The translations under genes were made by a program, and so were the position numbers. A stretch of 64,000 nucleotides of DNA, taken from Eledone cirrhosa. Taxonomy: Eukaryota. A model generated the notes under the pieces. It was not told the origin of the DNA, made no database searches, and worked only from the letters and a program-made list of their open reading frames with translations. Of the stretch, positions 16,111-30,126 are shown in pieces; within the stretch, counting starts at the first letter, position 1, and every line of letters starts with the position of its first letter. The stretch is taken from positions 265,732,001-265,796,000 of the forward strand of contig OZ024741.1 in assembly GCA_964016885.1 (NCBI GenBank), read 5' to 3'.

Positions 16111-16722
16111 TTATATCAGAGTTTTCCTTCTAGAATTCTGCCTTGACAAAGGCTAAGGGGTCATTACTTTATATCTGGAGATCTCTCTGCACTTGTCGTC
16201 ACATGGTACCATGGGCCCAGCGCTGTGTGTCAGTAATTGTCACAAGTGTAGTGTTTGTACAAGAGTTTTCAAGTCGCTGGCTGGACTAAAGTTACATTCG
16301 TTCAGCGCATCGGTAGGGGTTCTCCTACATGGATATAACGTAGTAGCCGTACTCGAAAACGAGTTGGCAGCCACCATGTATGCATGCATGTATGTATGTA
16401 ATGTCTGTCTCTGTATGTAATGTCTGTATGTATGTATGTATGTATGTATGTTATATCAGAGTTTTCCTTCTAGAATTCTGCCTTGACAAAGGCTAAGGGG
16501 GTCATGGCTTTATATCTGGAGATCTCTCTGCACTTGTCGTCACATGGTACCAAGGGCCCAGCGCTGTGTCAATAATTGTCACAAGTGTAGTGTTTGTACC
16601 AGAGTTTTCAAGTCGCAGGCTGGACTAAAAAGTCACACTCGTTCAGCGCATCGCTAGGGGTTCTCCTACATGGATATAAAGTAGTGGCCGTACTCAAAAA
16701 CGAGTTGGCAGCCACCATGTAT
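16111..16722 (+). mobile_element. Two diverged tandem copies (~270 bp) of a probable LINE 3' end with (TATG)n tails
   Basis: 16111-16380 and 16451-16722 are similar. The first encodes HKCSVCTRVFKSLAGLKLH, a CxxC zinc-finger-like motif of the kind found at RTE ORF C-termini. Confidence 0.55.
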
Positions 16723-17604
16723 GTATATGAATATACAGAATTTCTACCTCAAATCCCTCATTATCAATGTCAAGTTTGTCAACATTAACCCCAATCTCGT
16801 CATCGTCATTCTCAATCTCGTTATTGTCAGTCTCAATCTCGTCAGTGATACCTTTCGCCGTTACTGTAGGATGGGACGAATATGTTTTTTTATTATGAAA
16901 AGTGACGTATAGGCGTTACATTGCCGCAGAATTATAAAACAATGAAAACATTTGAAAGTTTTGCAAAAGAATTCAAGTTTTGTATAAAGAAATTGTCACA
17001 CTGTAAATATATATACATTTACGTAAAATTACATACAATACTTTATACAAAATACCACACAGACAAAAACAAATAACAACAGCTTAACCTATTTTTTTTT
17101 ATTCACATTTCTTAACTCCCTTAACACAATGTTGCTTGGTAAATGTTCATGTAGAATTATTTATATATTCGAACTAAATAAGACTTGCAACGCAGAGACC
17201 GTCATATACATAGCAGAAGTGTTACCTACATCAAACTTAACGCTTATGTGATACGCAGATAATAAATAGGGATGATTAAAGTGAAATTCAAACCTAGATA
17301 TTATAACCACTGCTCCTCTTTTTATTTAATCTAAAGGGAAAATGTAAACAAATTAGCCGACTATATATGTAGACATTTCACGAAACATTTATTACATAAA
17401 TAGACTAAACTTTATTTCAGTTCTACACTGGATGACGATTTCGACGAAATTCGAATATCAGTCGAACGTGATACATAATATATACAGGATATTAAAAAAA
17501 TTGCATACACACTTCAAGAGTATTCAAATAAATATTGCCTGTATAGGTAATCAAAGTCTGTATACATTTCTTAGGACACTCTGTATATATATACTTTATG
17601 TATG

Positions 17605-17657
<53 letters not shown>

Positions 17658-17899
17658 TTATACACATATTTTAAGTAAAAAAATTGGTGACCTTCTAATT
17701 AAAACAATTTTCTTTTCGCTCTACCAACCCGTATTAAGTATTTATTCAGTCAATGTTTTAAATACTACGGTGTTTTAATGTTTTAAATGCATATTCTAAT
17801 ATATATATATATATAGGAAAAGGTCCTGAACCTACTCTACAAAGTATCGAGTAATCTGGTGCGTTATGGTCCACATGGTTCCTTACCACACTTCCTTTG

Positions 17900-17976
<77 letters not shown>

Positions 17977-18212
17977 TGTGTGTGTGTGTGTGTATGTATG
18001 TATTCATTTAAGTTTGGTGGTTCACCACTGGATAGAACTGGTCATTCCGTATAGTCAACCATGATGTAATATTAGGAAGAGCACTCGACGTTATGCAACT
18101 CATCCATCTTTGATGTTGAATCTTGTTTGTGGTGCGAGAACGGAGTTAATTATTATTGAGTAAAATGACAGGAGGCCGGACCTGTAAAATTCCTTCAAAG
18201 ATTTATTATAGA

Positions 18213-18274
18213 AAACACTATGTACATTTCAGTGGCCAAGTTCCGTAAGATCCTGGTGACATCATCAGGTGTTT
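18213..18274 (-). ncRNA. Type I minimal hammerhead ribozyme
   Basis: Minus strand: aaacac-CTGATGA-tgtcaccagg..cttggccact-GAAA-tgtaca-TA-gtgttt. Confidence 0.75.
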
Positions 18275-18512
18275 ATTGCATAATAGTTATATAATAAAGG
18301 AATAATGGTAAACACAATCCAAGAGGCTATAAGAAAAACAGAAAAATCTTTTTACACTCGAAGGCGATTAAGAGGGCCAGTTGTTGTCAGTTTGGCTGAC
18401 CACCTTGTTATATATATAGGTATATCAAAGTTAATACAGAAATGGCTTTTAGAGGACTAGAACTGTGGTTACCCCCGATTGAACCCGGAACTCTCTCTCT
18501 CTCTCACACACA

Positions 18513-18572
<60 letters not shown>

Positions 18573-19008
18573 AAGCAGAGGTTAGCAACGAAAATTAGTG
18601 AAAATAAATACGAAAGACAATTAAAAAAGTTTTATTAGTTTCATGTTTGAGATAGAAAAAGAAGTTTTGTCAAACATATCGGACGTTAGACCTTCATCAA
18701 ACAGGCAGGACGAGGAAAAGGTTAGGGACAACATACTTTGGCCCTTCTTACAATTATTCTTTATACATTTTCTTCCGTTTTTATTACTGAGGTTTTCACT
18801 TATCATTTTAAAAATTATTTTTTAATGATATTTCTTTTGTGTGGTTGGTGAAATTTCAATGTACAATTAATAGTAAATATCTCACTTATACCATTAAAGA
18901 GTTATCTCCCTTCTGAAACAGAGAATTTCCCCGAATTCTTTTCCTTTCAGAAGGTTTTTAAAGGAGATTATATATGCTTGCAAAATATAAAACATATGAA
19001 TATGTTCT

Positions 19009-19125
<117 letters not shown>

Positions 19126-19328
19126 ATATTTATATATATTTATATATATTTCTTTGTGTCTTAGCTGACTTGTGTTCGAGCTTTGCGGAGTCAACCGTTA
19201 ATTCATTTTTTATATCTATAAATCTAGAACACAATATTAACATCAATAATATGTACATCTATTTATAGATGTGTATGTGTATATATATGTATATACATAT
19301 ATAAATAAGTATGTACGTATGTATGTAC

Positions 19329-19371
<43 letters not shown>

Positions 19372-19396
19372 ATATATATACATACATACGTACATA

Positions 19397-19468
<72 letters not shown>

Positions 19469-19961
19469 CTTTCTCCGATTATGTATTTATATATGTATAT
19501 AATATATATACATACATACATATATAGTTCAATCAGATTGATTCAGTCAGTCAGTCAGTCGTTGTCGGCTGCTGTTGCTGGGATTTGGGTGTCATTATTA
19601 AAATATCAATGTTTTTCCTATCATTAGTGTCACAGAATACACGGTCTTTTAGCTTTTATCTCTAATATATTTCTTATATTTCATTCTAGCGTTTCACACC
19701 CTCTCTCACCCCCCCCCCCCACTTCCACACTCAATCACTTATTCTCTCTCCCACACTCGCTCTCACTCCCTCACTCACTCACTTATTCTCTCCCTCACTT
19801 CCTCACTCGCACACTCTCCTACTCATTCGACACTAAGTGGGCTCCGTACTGTAACAAGCAGACGATAGTTGAGGGTTATTTTTTAAAAACTTTCTCCTTA
19901 AAAAAGAAGACACTCTGACAGCAAGTTGAAAGTATAAATATACATATAAGTATTGGATGTA

Positions 19962-20058
<97 letters not shown>

Positions 20059-20096
20059 GTATATGTATATACGTATATATATATATATATATATAC

Positions 20097-20157
<61 letters not shown>

Positions 20158-20192
20158 AGGGTATATGTATATACGTATATATATATATATAC

Positions 20193-20245
<53 letters not shown>

Positions 20246-20444
20246 CATATATATATCACATATAAATATGCGCACTGTGATTATGTACCTACATAATCTA
20301 TTTATACGCACGCAGATAAAAAGACTTACATAAGACACACACATATACGCACGCGCACAAGTACAGCTATATATATATAAAACGTTTTTTTCCCCTTTTT
20401 CAGCAAGACGCGCTCGATCACCACCTTTTAAAAGTAGATTATCT

Positions 20445-20734
20445 TACACAAAACGCCACCGTCAACAGTTTTCCCCAGAGATAAATTTCTTTATTTGCCA
20501 CAAGGCAGTTTTCCTACAGATAGCGACTTGAATAAACTTGTTTCTTTTTTTCACTAGAAATTTTTTTCGTTTCTGCCACTGCACGTTTACTCAATCTTTC
20601 TAGTTCCTCTTTAATTTCTCATCTTTTTTTTCTAATAAAGGACTAACGCTCGAAACGTTAAGATTCTTGTCCTACTATATCAAGCGTAAAACTAATACTG
20701 TGTATCATTTGCTTTGTTATTTCTGTTTGCCTTT

Positions 20735-20737
<3 letters not shown>
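20445..20737 (+). mobile_element. pLTR-like repeat with a decayed hammerhead (CTAATAA..GAAAcgtTA)
   Basis: Homologous to 50308-50555, 24408-24540 and 5276-5375. Confidence 0.55.
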
Positions 20738-20779
<42 letters not shown>

Positions 20780-20783
<4 letters not shown>

Positions 20784-20896
20784 CGTTTCTGAATTTGTTT
20801 AGCAAGATTCTTTATCTGAAATCGTGTGTTGAAACCGATATTGTTATACTTTGGGAGGGTGTGTTTCTTATTGGCAACATGACCCTCCCAAAGTAT

Positions 20897-20904
<8 letters not shown>
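20780..20904. mobile_element. Penelope pLTR terminus with a short fold-back, inside (TA)n
   Basis: Same terminus as 23284/24346, 60350-60420 and 63166. Inverted atattgttatactttgggagggt / accctcccaaagtataacaatat. Confidence 0.7.
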
Positions 20905-20968
<64 letters not shown>

Positions 20969-21517
20969 TAATAATAATAAATTTGAAGACTAAAATCCTA
21001 AAGAGGGCTCGATAAGGATAAATATATATCAGATATATAAGAACCGTAGAGCAAATATTTATTAAAATAACAGATTAAAGTTTCAGAAGATCCCGCTAAG
21101 GACGAAAGAAGCGATTCTTTGCTTAAACTTTAATCTGTTATTTTAATATATATATATCTATATATATATATCCAGGGAGTGTAACTTGGAGTTACTGTAG
21201 GTTCACCCGGGTGAGTACTCGGTGTTTAGGTTCACTTCAGTGTCGAGGTGTAGAGCTAGACAGAGTGTATTATCGTGAAAAGATAACAAGGACGATTGGT
21301 TACCTCGTTGTTTATTGACCAACATATGAACTTCTGACTTTATCACTTAGCATGTATTCATTTTCTACTACCATTTCAAGGGGTCCGTCGAGCCGCAGAT
21401 TACAGAGTCGGGTAAGATCGATACAGATCGAACCTTGAGCTGATCAGTGGCGAAACGCGCGTCACCAACCAATAAATGTAATGAAGGAGTAACCAATCGT
21501 CCTTGTTATCTTTTCAC

Positions 21518-21552
<35 letters not shown>

Positions 21553-21553
21553 G

Positions 21554-21584
<31 letters not shown>

Positions 21585-21585
21585 G

Positions 21586-21647
<62 letters not shown>

Positions 21648-22034
21648 AAAGAATAGAGGTGTAACACACAAGTTATTATATATTGGTAAACGGAATAGAA
21701 AATGCTGACAAATTGTTCACAGTTGAAAAATGGTTTAATTAGGAATAAAAGAGTATTAGTGATTGTATGGGTTAGTATTCAGTTGTGGTTTTAAGTTTTT
21801 AAGTTTTTACCGGTTGCGCATTTCTAAATGCTTTTCAAAAATAATTTTGAGATAGAGTGTCCGTGCTGTTTGCTCTGATCAGAGCAAACATATATATATA
21901 TATATATATATAGAGTCCGGTCAAGAAAAGCGCTGTTTCGGAAACCCGGTTCGCACCGCGCTTTGCGGCGTCTGTCGAAACGTCCGGAGCTCAGGCGTCG
22001 GCGTCGTGATTCTTTTCCTATATATACATACATA

Positions 22035-22114
<80 letters not shown>

Positions 22115-22115
22115 T

Positions 22116-22220
<105 letters not shown>

Positions 22221-22827
22221 CATGAGAAGAAAGAAGAATACTGCGTGGTTGCACATGGGTTACATAGTATAAAATTAGTCCTTCGTCAGTGATTTGCCAA
22301 CCATCATTGATATTTCATCGCATTAAAAATCATATACCCCAGGTTGGTGCGAGCAATAACTAAAAAAAGCTATTGGGACACAAGTAAATCGCGTCAAGCG
22401 AGTGAGACAAGTAAACAACATAGAAGGATGAAAGCAACGCAAAGATGGGAATGAACAAGCAACATGGTTATCCGGTCAGCATAAGCTGGGTGGATTTCAT
22501 GAGCGATCAAGATACAGACCGTCCGACGTGAGTGAGATGTGAGCAAGAAGAGAACCCACTACTAGCCAAACGGGAGGAAGTGAGAAGGGGAGAAACAGAG
22601 AGTGAGTGAGTGGAAGTGCGAGGAACGCTGTCTTTCTCTTTTTCCCTCTTTCATACATATATATATATATATTTCTATGTGCATATATATATATATATAT
22701 ACCCAGGCGGTGTAACTTGGAGTTACTGCAGGTTCACCCGGGAGAGCACTCGATGTTTAGGTTCACTTCTGTGATGAGGTGTAGAGCTATGCAGAGTGTA
22801 ATACTATATATATATACATATATATAT

Positions 22828-22858
<31 letters not shown>

Positions 22859-22927
22859 AATGAGACGTATAGAGATTGTTTTAGCAAGAAGCTAACGGCA
22901 TTCTATAACATATATGTTGGGGTCATA

Positions 22928-22962
<35 letters not shown>

Positions 22963-22967
<5 letters not shown>

Positions 22968-23153
22968 TATGACCCCAACGGCAGAGCTGAAGCCGTTTCG
23001 ACGGCTATTTCTGAGTTCAGAAATAGCCGTCGAAACGGCTTGAGCTCTGCCGTCGGGGTCATACTTTTTTCCTATTTCCCACTCTACTACCCTAAGTATT
23101 GAGTACTCTGGTGCGTTATGGTCCATCTGGTTCCTTACCACAATTCCTTTGTT
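22963..23153 (+). mobile_element. (TA)n-flanked pLTR-like element with a fold-back palindrome (22963-23068) built on a hammerhead 3' half
   Basis: cGAAA-cggct-tgagctc-tgccg-TC-ggggtc, preceded by its own reverse complement; axis ~23015. Confidence 0.75.
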
Positions 23154-23221
23154 ATATATATATAAGAATGGTATGCAGAAGGGGATCGTGAACTAACTTG
23201 TTACGGAAGCTACTCCTCAAG

Positions 23222-23272
23222 ACTTTCCTGATGACTTCATACGTATGAAACAGTTGTAGTTGTATAGAAGTC
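23222..23272 (+). ncRNA. Possible hammerhead ribozyme
   Basis: CTGATGA-cttcatacgtat-GAAA-cagttg-TA. Helices I and II are weak. Confidence 0.4.
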
Positions 23273-23434
23273 ATGTCCATATATTGTTATACTTTGGGAG
23301 GGTCATGTTGCCAATAAGAAACACACGCACCAGTTGCTTTCACTTCAATTTATTATAATAAATTTATAAATTTAGGAATTTATAAATTTCCGGTTGGTTG
23401 GTTGGTTCCACAACCAGATGGTTGTTTATATATT

Positions 23435-23477
23435 GTCAAAGTTCTTTCGTCACACATTCTGTGACCTCTTCAGTGAC
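23435..23477 (-). ncRNA. Minimal hammerhead ribozyme in a Penelope 3' UTR/pLTR
   Basis: Minus strand: gtca-CTGAAGA-g-gtcaca-gaatg-tgtgac (approx.)-GAAA-gaac-TT-tgac; lies downstream of the GIY-YIG on the same strand. Confidence 0.75.
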
Positions 23478-23679
23478 TGGGATCCTTTTCTTTGTTTTTG
23501 TGCCTCTCCTTTGTTCTGTCCTACGCCATCTTGTTTCTGTGTGTGTGTTGTGTGCTCAGTCTGCGCATGCGCCACATCCGGGTGTCTGTGTGTGTTTATA
23601 TTCGTTTATTTATTTGTTTATTTACATGTTACAGGTTGGTTGTTTGTTCTATGTGTGTGTGTGTTTTCATTTTGTCCTT

Positions 23680-24300
23680 AATTGTAAGTTGTGATGTTGC
23701 TGTTCCACTCATGTTTTCTATTTAATTTTGGTTGTAATTCTTTTATGTTTATTGCCTCTGTGATTTGTCTAAACATTACGCCTTTTCTGTGTGTAGATTC
23801 TATTTTTATTTCTGTTCTCTAATTTACCCTTATGTTCTATTTTAGCATGTTGGTAGAGTACAGATGATTCTTTACTATCTTGAAGGTCTCGCCAGTGTTC
23901 ATTTATCCGTTCCCCTACACTACGAGCTGTCTCACCTATGTACATTATATTTTTGTCTCTACATTGTCCTTCAGTACATCTTATGCTATATACTACATTT
24001 CTAGTTTTACAGTTAATATGGGGGCTTAATTTACAGGTTATACATTTCTTATCTATACAGGGGGGTCTTTGAAAAGGGTATGTCTTGCTAATAAGTGTTT
24101 TTATGGAGGTACCTGGTCTTTCTACTATCTTAATATTGAGTTTATATTTATCTAGGGCCCTTCTAAATTTGTAAGCTAATTCACCTCTAGGGGTTGTATC
24201 GATGAACATTACACTCTGGTATTTATTGCTATCATACCATGAGTTTATTCTATTAGCCTTATTCCTAGTTCTTTCTATTCTATTCCAAAATTTGCTCCTA
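23680..24300 (-). pseudogene. Penelope-like RT thumb, Cys-rich linker and GIY-YIG endonuclease remnant
   Basis: CIDKKCITC...CKTRNVVYSIRC...YIGETARSVGERINEH. A frameshifted tail reads RQITEAINIKELQPKLNRKHEW. Confidence 0.88.
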
Positions 24301-24570
24301 TACGTTTTCAGATAAAGAATCTTGCTAAACAAATTCAGAAACGAAACATGTCCATATAATTTAGTGCTAAATTAGTAAACTAATTATATATGTAGATATA
24401 TATAATACACAAAACGCCAGCATCAACATTTTTCCAAGAAATGGTAACATGAATGGAGTTGGTATTTTTCTCTAAAAACATTGTTTACGATTCCGCCCTG
24501 TCCATCCCTCCAATCTTTGTAATTTCTCGTTCTTTATTATTTTTATTGTTTTTATTGTTCAACCTTATAT

Positions 24571-25272
24571 ATGCAGGAGGTTGAGACTGTGTCGATGAGT
24601 GTGGAGCTGAGAATGAATGAGATTAAGACGAAGTATCTGGTAGAGAATATTAAGAAGCCAGAGAAGATTACTAATGTAGGCGGGAAGCCACTAGAATTGG
24701 TTGAGGACTTTCTGTATTTGGGAGCAAAGATTGGGAATACGGAGGATGATGTGGTCGAGAGGAAGAGCAAATCTGGGCGGTGTGCTACAGTTTGAGATCG
24801 GTGTGGATGTTCGACCTTCGTAAAGACCTGAAAATGCGCCTCTTCGTTGCTGTAGTGGTGTCTGTGCTGCTGTACGGGTCTGAGACTTGGACACTGACCA
24901 AAAAACTCACCCAGATGGTGGATGGGTGATACACGAGAATGCTGAGGATGGCTCTGAATGTTAATCAGTATACACTGAGGATGAAGAACTCAGAGCTGTA
25001 TGGGAGTCTCCCAAAGTCAGCTCGAGAGTGACACAGAGGAGACTGAGGTTAGCTGGACATGCTCACCGACATCCAGAGTTGACATTGCACTCAGTGCTCC
25101 TGTGGAAGCCCCTACATGGACACACTGAAGTGGATGACTGAGGTTAACATATGTTGATGTCCCAAGGACAGACGCTGGTCTCTTGGAGACGCAGGACATG
25201 GCAGCGATAATGAGGGACAGAGACCGCTGGAGAGAACTCGTCCATGGATCTCGGGAATTTTACCCGCCCTAG
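24571..25272 (+). mobile_element. RTE-clade LINE 3' fragment (disrupted RT C-terminus)
   Basis: LELVEDFLYLG, SVLLYGSETWTLTK, YTRMLRMAL, RRLRLAGH, MRDRDRWRELV; contains stops and frameshifts. Confidence 0.88.
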
Positions 25273-25364
25273 ACAGATATATATGTATATACTCTCAAGC
25301 GTGAAACTAAAAACAATATCATTTGTACTGCTTCTCTGTTTTTTTGTTCTCTGTGCATTTATTA

Positions 25365-25437
<73 letters not shown>

Positions 25438-25468
25438 TATATTTATATATACACACACATACATTCAT

Positions 25469-25512
<44 letters not shown>

Positions 25513-25519
<7 letters not shown>

Positions 25520-25650
25520 GACGGGGGGAAGAAAAAATGGCTTCACTTGTGCTTTCAACAAATTATTTGTTGAAAGCACAAGTGAAGCCATTTTTTCTTC
25601 CCCCTGTCTTAATATACCTAACTGTACCAAGGATTACACACATTTTCCAA
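25513..25650 (+). mobile_element. (TA)n-flanked repeat with a perfect-centre palindrome (25513-25614)
   Basis: ~50-bp arms with axis ~25564. The non-palindromic relative at 58820-58928 shows GTGAAGA-a-aataa-at-ttgtt-GAAA. Confidence 0.7.
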
Positions 25651-27218
25651 TATATATATATATATACACACATACATTCATATATATATATATACACATA
25701 CATTCATTTATTATGGCTATTGGTGAGCTTTGTTACCCTAAGGTTGCACCTGTACACTCACAGGACCACCAGTCTTGTGAGTGTGCAGATGAGACTCTAG
25801 TGTAACAAAGCTTTGCCATAATAAATTAATATTTAAACTCTACTTCGGTATTGAGTTTTCATTCTTACGTTCGTCAATAATTCACGTAATCTCTGGTCTT
25901 GAATAATTATCCACAGTCCCCACTTGCACCTCCCCCAGTTTTTATACCCCCCTCCCCACTTGCTTATTAAATTTTGCTAATCAATCACCCCTAAACTCTA
26001 ACCCTCTCTATATCTACTACACCGCACTCTTTCATTATCCCTCTCTGTATATCTACAACCACCAAACCAATCCCCTCTACCCCAGCAAGTTTTATGAAAG
26101 ATGAGTGAAAGTAGCGAGAATGGCCCGAGTGAATGGGCCTTCTCTCTATATCAGCCTGTAGGTGAGAGAGAAGAAGAATGAGAAGAGGAAGGAAGCACCC
26201 GCTCTTTGTGCTCCTGAAGAGGAGGGTTGCACATTTTTTCGGGGGTGTGTGCGACCCATGTCAACGCCCCTCCCTATTGAGGACATCGATTGTTAAATTT
26301 AATTTGTTATATGTTTTTTACACGTCTTTTTAAATGTATGTAAACTCCCCCCTTTGTATTTGTCCCAATCTTTGATGCCCTGGTGGCAAATAAATAGAAA
26401 TATATATCAGTTAAAATCACCCCCCCCCCCCCTCTTCTCTATATCTACTACACGGAACTCTCTTCCAATCCTCCTCGCTATATCAATTAATACCAAACTC
26501 TCCCCCTCTCTATAACAACTACACGGAACTTTCTCTCAACTGTCCTCTCTATATCAATTACCACAAAACTCTCCCCCTCTCTATATCTATATCTATCTCT
26601 CCCATCTGTCTTTACATAACATGTACATAAATTGTAGCGCATTTACAAATAGATGTGTGTTTTGGTAGTTTGGGGAGAAAAATATAATTATTGGCGGGGC
26701 CATTCTTAAGCAAAGAATCGCTGCTTTCACGTTAAGGGTGAAAGCAGCAATTCTTTGCTTAAACTTTAATCTGTTATTTTAATCTGTGTGTATATACACA
26801 CACATATAAAAGCCCCGCTGTCACGTCTTGTAATGTCCCATTTTTGTACGCCCCTGCGGCAAATAAAGAAAGATATCTATCTACTTACCTATCTCTCTAT
26901 CCACCTATCTATCCACCTATCTCTCTCTCTGTCTGTCTATCTGTCAGTTTCTGCATCTATCGGAGAAGCAGAGACTATTGTAGTTGTAGTAAATGGATAC
27001 GGGGAGCTGGAAGAGGAAACAGCATGTCTGTTGACCAGCGGCTGGAGTTTGTTGACCAGATGAGGGTATCTATCATTAAAATACTCAATATACTACCTAT
27101 GACTCCAACCCTAAGGAGGTAAGCTAAGCCTATATAATAGTGTGAGCTACAAGAACATTATAGGACTGGGGCATCTATTATTAAAATATTCAAGACATCA
27201 TCCATGAGACAAAACCTA

Positions 27219-27383
27219 CGAGGGGGTGCTGAAAAGTTCCTGGCTTGATCGCTGCTACAGAGGCCTGGCTGGAAGTTTAACCTTCCGAGTTCTTTTTACA
27301 GGTGTGAATCTGAGAGGGAGTATCTTGAATAAAAATCATAATTAACTGTTCCTCCTGTATTTTATTTTACCCAAAGCCAGAAC
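27219..27383. mobile_element. Mariner-like MITE, right TIR truncated
   Basis: TA-cgagggggtgctgaaaagttcctggctt ... aagccagaact. Confidence 0.55.
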
Positions 27384-27392
27384 TCTCTCTCT

Positions 27393-27433
<41 letters not shown>

Positions 27434-27437
27434 TCTC

Positions 27438-27511
<74 letters not shown>

Positions 27512-27609
27512 CTTTAAGCCTACATTGGTGTGAGCTGCAACAACGTCTTAAAACTCAAGGATGTGAGCTTTTAGAACAACAGACACGAGATATGTTAACT
27601 ACACACAGA

Positions 27610-27875
27610 TCGTAAGGGCTTGCGTTCACTTCGAGGAGACGCGTTGTCCTTGAACAAGACACTTCATTTCACATTGCTTCACTCAACTGTACCTGTAATT
27701 TAAAGGGTCAAAGTTGTCACAGGCTGTCACGCTGAATATTCCAGAAAATTACGTTAAAATTACTCGTGACTTTGGAAGAGTTAGCTTCACATGACTTTGG
27801 TACAGTTAGCTTCACCATCAGGCTGTTCACTTGATCAAACGACTGGGATGCTCGTCGTCAGAACCAATGGAGATT
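27610..27875 (+). mobile_element. Old SINE fragment (CORE/V-like domain)
   Basis: ttgtccttgaacaagacacttcatttcacattgct; similar motif at 36708-36760. Confidence 0.45.
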
Positions 27876-28277
27876 CACCACCCCGCCCCCACTAATATAT
27901 AAATATAACATGAACACAATTACGTACACACACACAAACACATACACTCACAAACAACACACAAATGCATACATACGCACAGACACACATAAACACACAC
28001 ACAAGCACATACACATAAAAAACACATTCACACAAACACACACAAACACAAATACAAAAAACACATACACAAAAAAACATACAAAAACACATACACACAA
28101 ACACACACATAAACGTACACACAAAAACATATACATACAAATACACACACAAATACACACACACACACACACACACAAGCACACACAAACACACACCCCA
28201 AAACACACACAACGAACATTTATATAGTATCATTGCGTCCAAAGTTAAACAAACAAAAAAAAATCAATAATAAAACT

Positions 28278-28360
28278 TTGCCTTTCATCCTTCCGGGGCC
28301 GATAGAATAAAGTACCAGTAATATACTGGGTAATTGCTGGCCTTGTGCCAAAAGTAGAAA
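28278..28360 (+). mobile_element. 5'-truncated SINE, 13-bp TSD
   Basis: TSD caataataaaact at 28265-28277 and 28361-28373. Confidence 0.85.
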
Positions 28361-28393
28361 CAATAATAAAACTAAAAAGATCTAATACAAACT

Positions 28394-28990
28394 CTTCTTC
28401 TTCTTCTTCTTCTTCTTCTTCTTCTTCTTCTTCTTCTTCTTCTTCTTCTTCTTCTTCTTCTTCTTCTTCTTCTTCTTCTTCTTCTTCTTCTTCTTCTTCT
28501 TTGCCCACTTATTCCTGAGAAGGTTCTGGAGGTAGAGTCCTCAAACACACCTTCCAGCGGGTCATGTCAGAAGCAACCCTCTATAACTGATCTGGCTGGA
28601 TCCTCAAGTAAGACCAGCGAAGCCGATAGACGCTATCCAGCCGTCTTAATCGCGGTCTAACCTCAGGGTCTCCTGCCTGTTAGTTTTTGTCCGTAAAATC
28701 TGTCCAGAGATTCATTCCTGAGACATTCTAACCATATGTCCATAGTATTGGAGCCGTGATCTCTCAATTCGGAGAAACAGCGGCTCAACCTGGAGTGACT
28801 CTCTAATCTCTGAGCTACACACTCTATCGAGTAACTTTACTCCAAACACCCTTCGGAGAAACCCCATTTCGGCCGCTTGTATTCTTTCGATCATTACCCA
28901 AGATTCATGACCGTAGGTAAGGGTTGGCACGAATACCAATTTGAAGATAGCGAGGTCGGCTTTTACGCCTGCTTTCTTTCTTCTGATTAC
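28394..28990 (-). mobile_element. RTE-clade LINE 3' fragment with (GAA)n tail
   Basis: FVPTLTYGHESW..IQAAEMGFLRRVFG..RLQYYGHMVRM; (TTC)n at 28394-28500 lies at its 3' end. Confidence 0.88.
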
Positions 28991-29499
28991 TGAATGAACA
29001 AACTCATTAAAACATATATATGTATACATAAAATATGTTATATATAAAGAAAATGTGTTAATTAGACTGAAATACGTCATATATATATTTACATACAGCA
29101 TTTCATTTACATATTTTCTGTATGAACCTATATCTTACAATTATATATGCATATTCAGTTGTGCAGCATATAACATATATACGCAAATCTATCATTGGAT
29201 CTTTGTACACATATAGCACATATTCTGTATATTCTGTAGAGTATATAAATATAGATGACACAGAGTAGGTGTTCCAGTGGGAACGAGGGTTGGTGTGAGG
29301 AGGAGGAGGGGGAGGACCGTAGATAGTGATCAGTGTGGAGCTTGGGTGTAGAGTGATGAGAGGAGTGAGGTGACCAGTGAATTGGGTGAGAGAGAGAGGG
29401 GGGAAGAGATAGCTAGAGGGGCAGAGAGATAGAGAGACAGAAAGAGAGTGAGATAGACAGATATATAGATAGTTAGAGATAGATAGATATATAGTGAGA

Positions 29500-29567
<68 letters not shown>

Positions 29568-29584
29568 CGACGTGTATATATATT

Positions 29585-29773
29585 CTAGGGCGGGTAAAAT
29601 TCCCGAGATCCATGGACGAGTTCTCTCCAGTGGACCTGATATCACTGATATCATTGCTCTACGCCAACACCAAAGCCCAAGTCATTACACCTGATGGAAT
29701 GACAGAGTTCTTTGAGATACTGGCTGGAGTGCTCCAGGTAGATACATTGGCTCCCTACCTTTTTATCATCGTA

Positions 29774-29777
<4 letters not shown>
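29585..29777. mobile_element. RTE LINE fragment with a 5' inversion
   Basis: 29585-29632 is the reverse complement of the LINE 3' end at 25225-25272. 29633-29777 (+) encodes LYANTKAQVITPDG..GVLQ(V)DTLAPYLFIIV, RT motif B. Confidence 0.8.
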
Positions 29778-29815
<38 letters not shown>

Positions 29816-30126
29816 AATACATACTTGGTTCAATTCTCGCAGGCGGTTTGTCACATTTACTCTGTCCTATTTCGTATATAAATGTTATTATAACACATTT
29901 TTATAAACACACACATAGGTATTAAACGACACAAGTATTATAGAACGAGTATAAACACCCCCCCCCCTCGCTATATATATATATATATATATAGCGAGGG
30001 AGGGAGTTCTGTTCGCATGCCAACATAAGAGCAAGAATGAAGTGTTCATTCTACTGACATGGCTATAAAATTGAGGCTTGTTTGCATAATTGCAAACGAA
30101 TCGAATGTTATTATTAATATTCGAAA

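Larger units (their letters stand above)
23284..24346 (-). mobile_element. 5'-truncated Penelope-like retroelement (GIY-YIG, pLTR, inverted terminal piece), 12-bp TSD
   Basis: TSD catgtccatata at 23272-23283 and 24347-24358; contains a GIY-YIG ORF remnant and an HHR. Confidence 0.85.

Noticed and set aside
26214-26290. CTGAAGA followed by a hairpin
   Set aside because: No GAAA/NUH or helix I found, so not called as a hammerhead.
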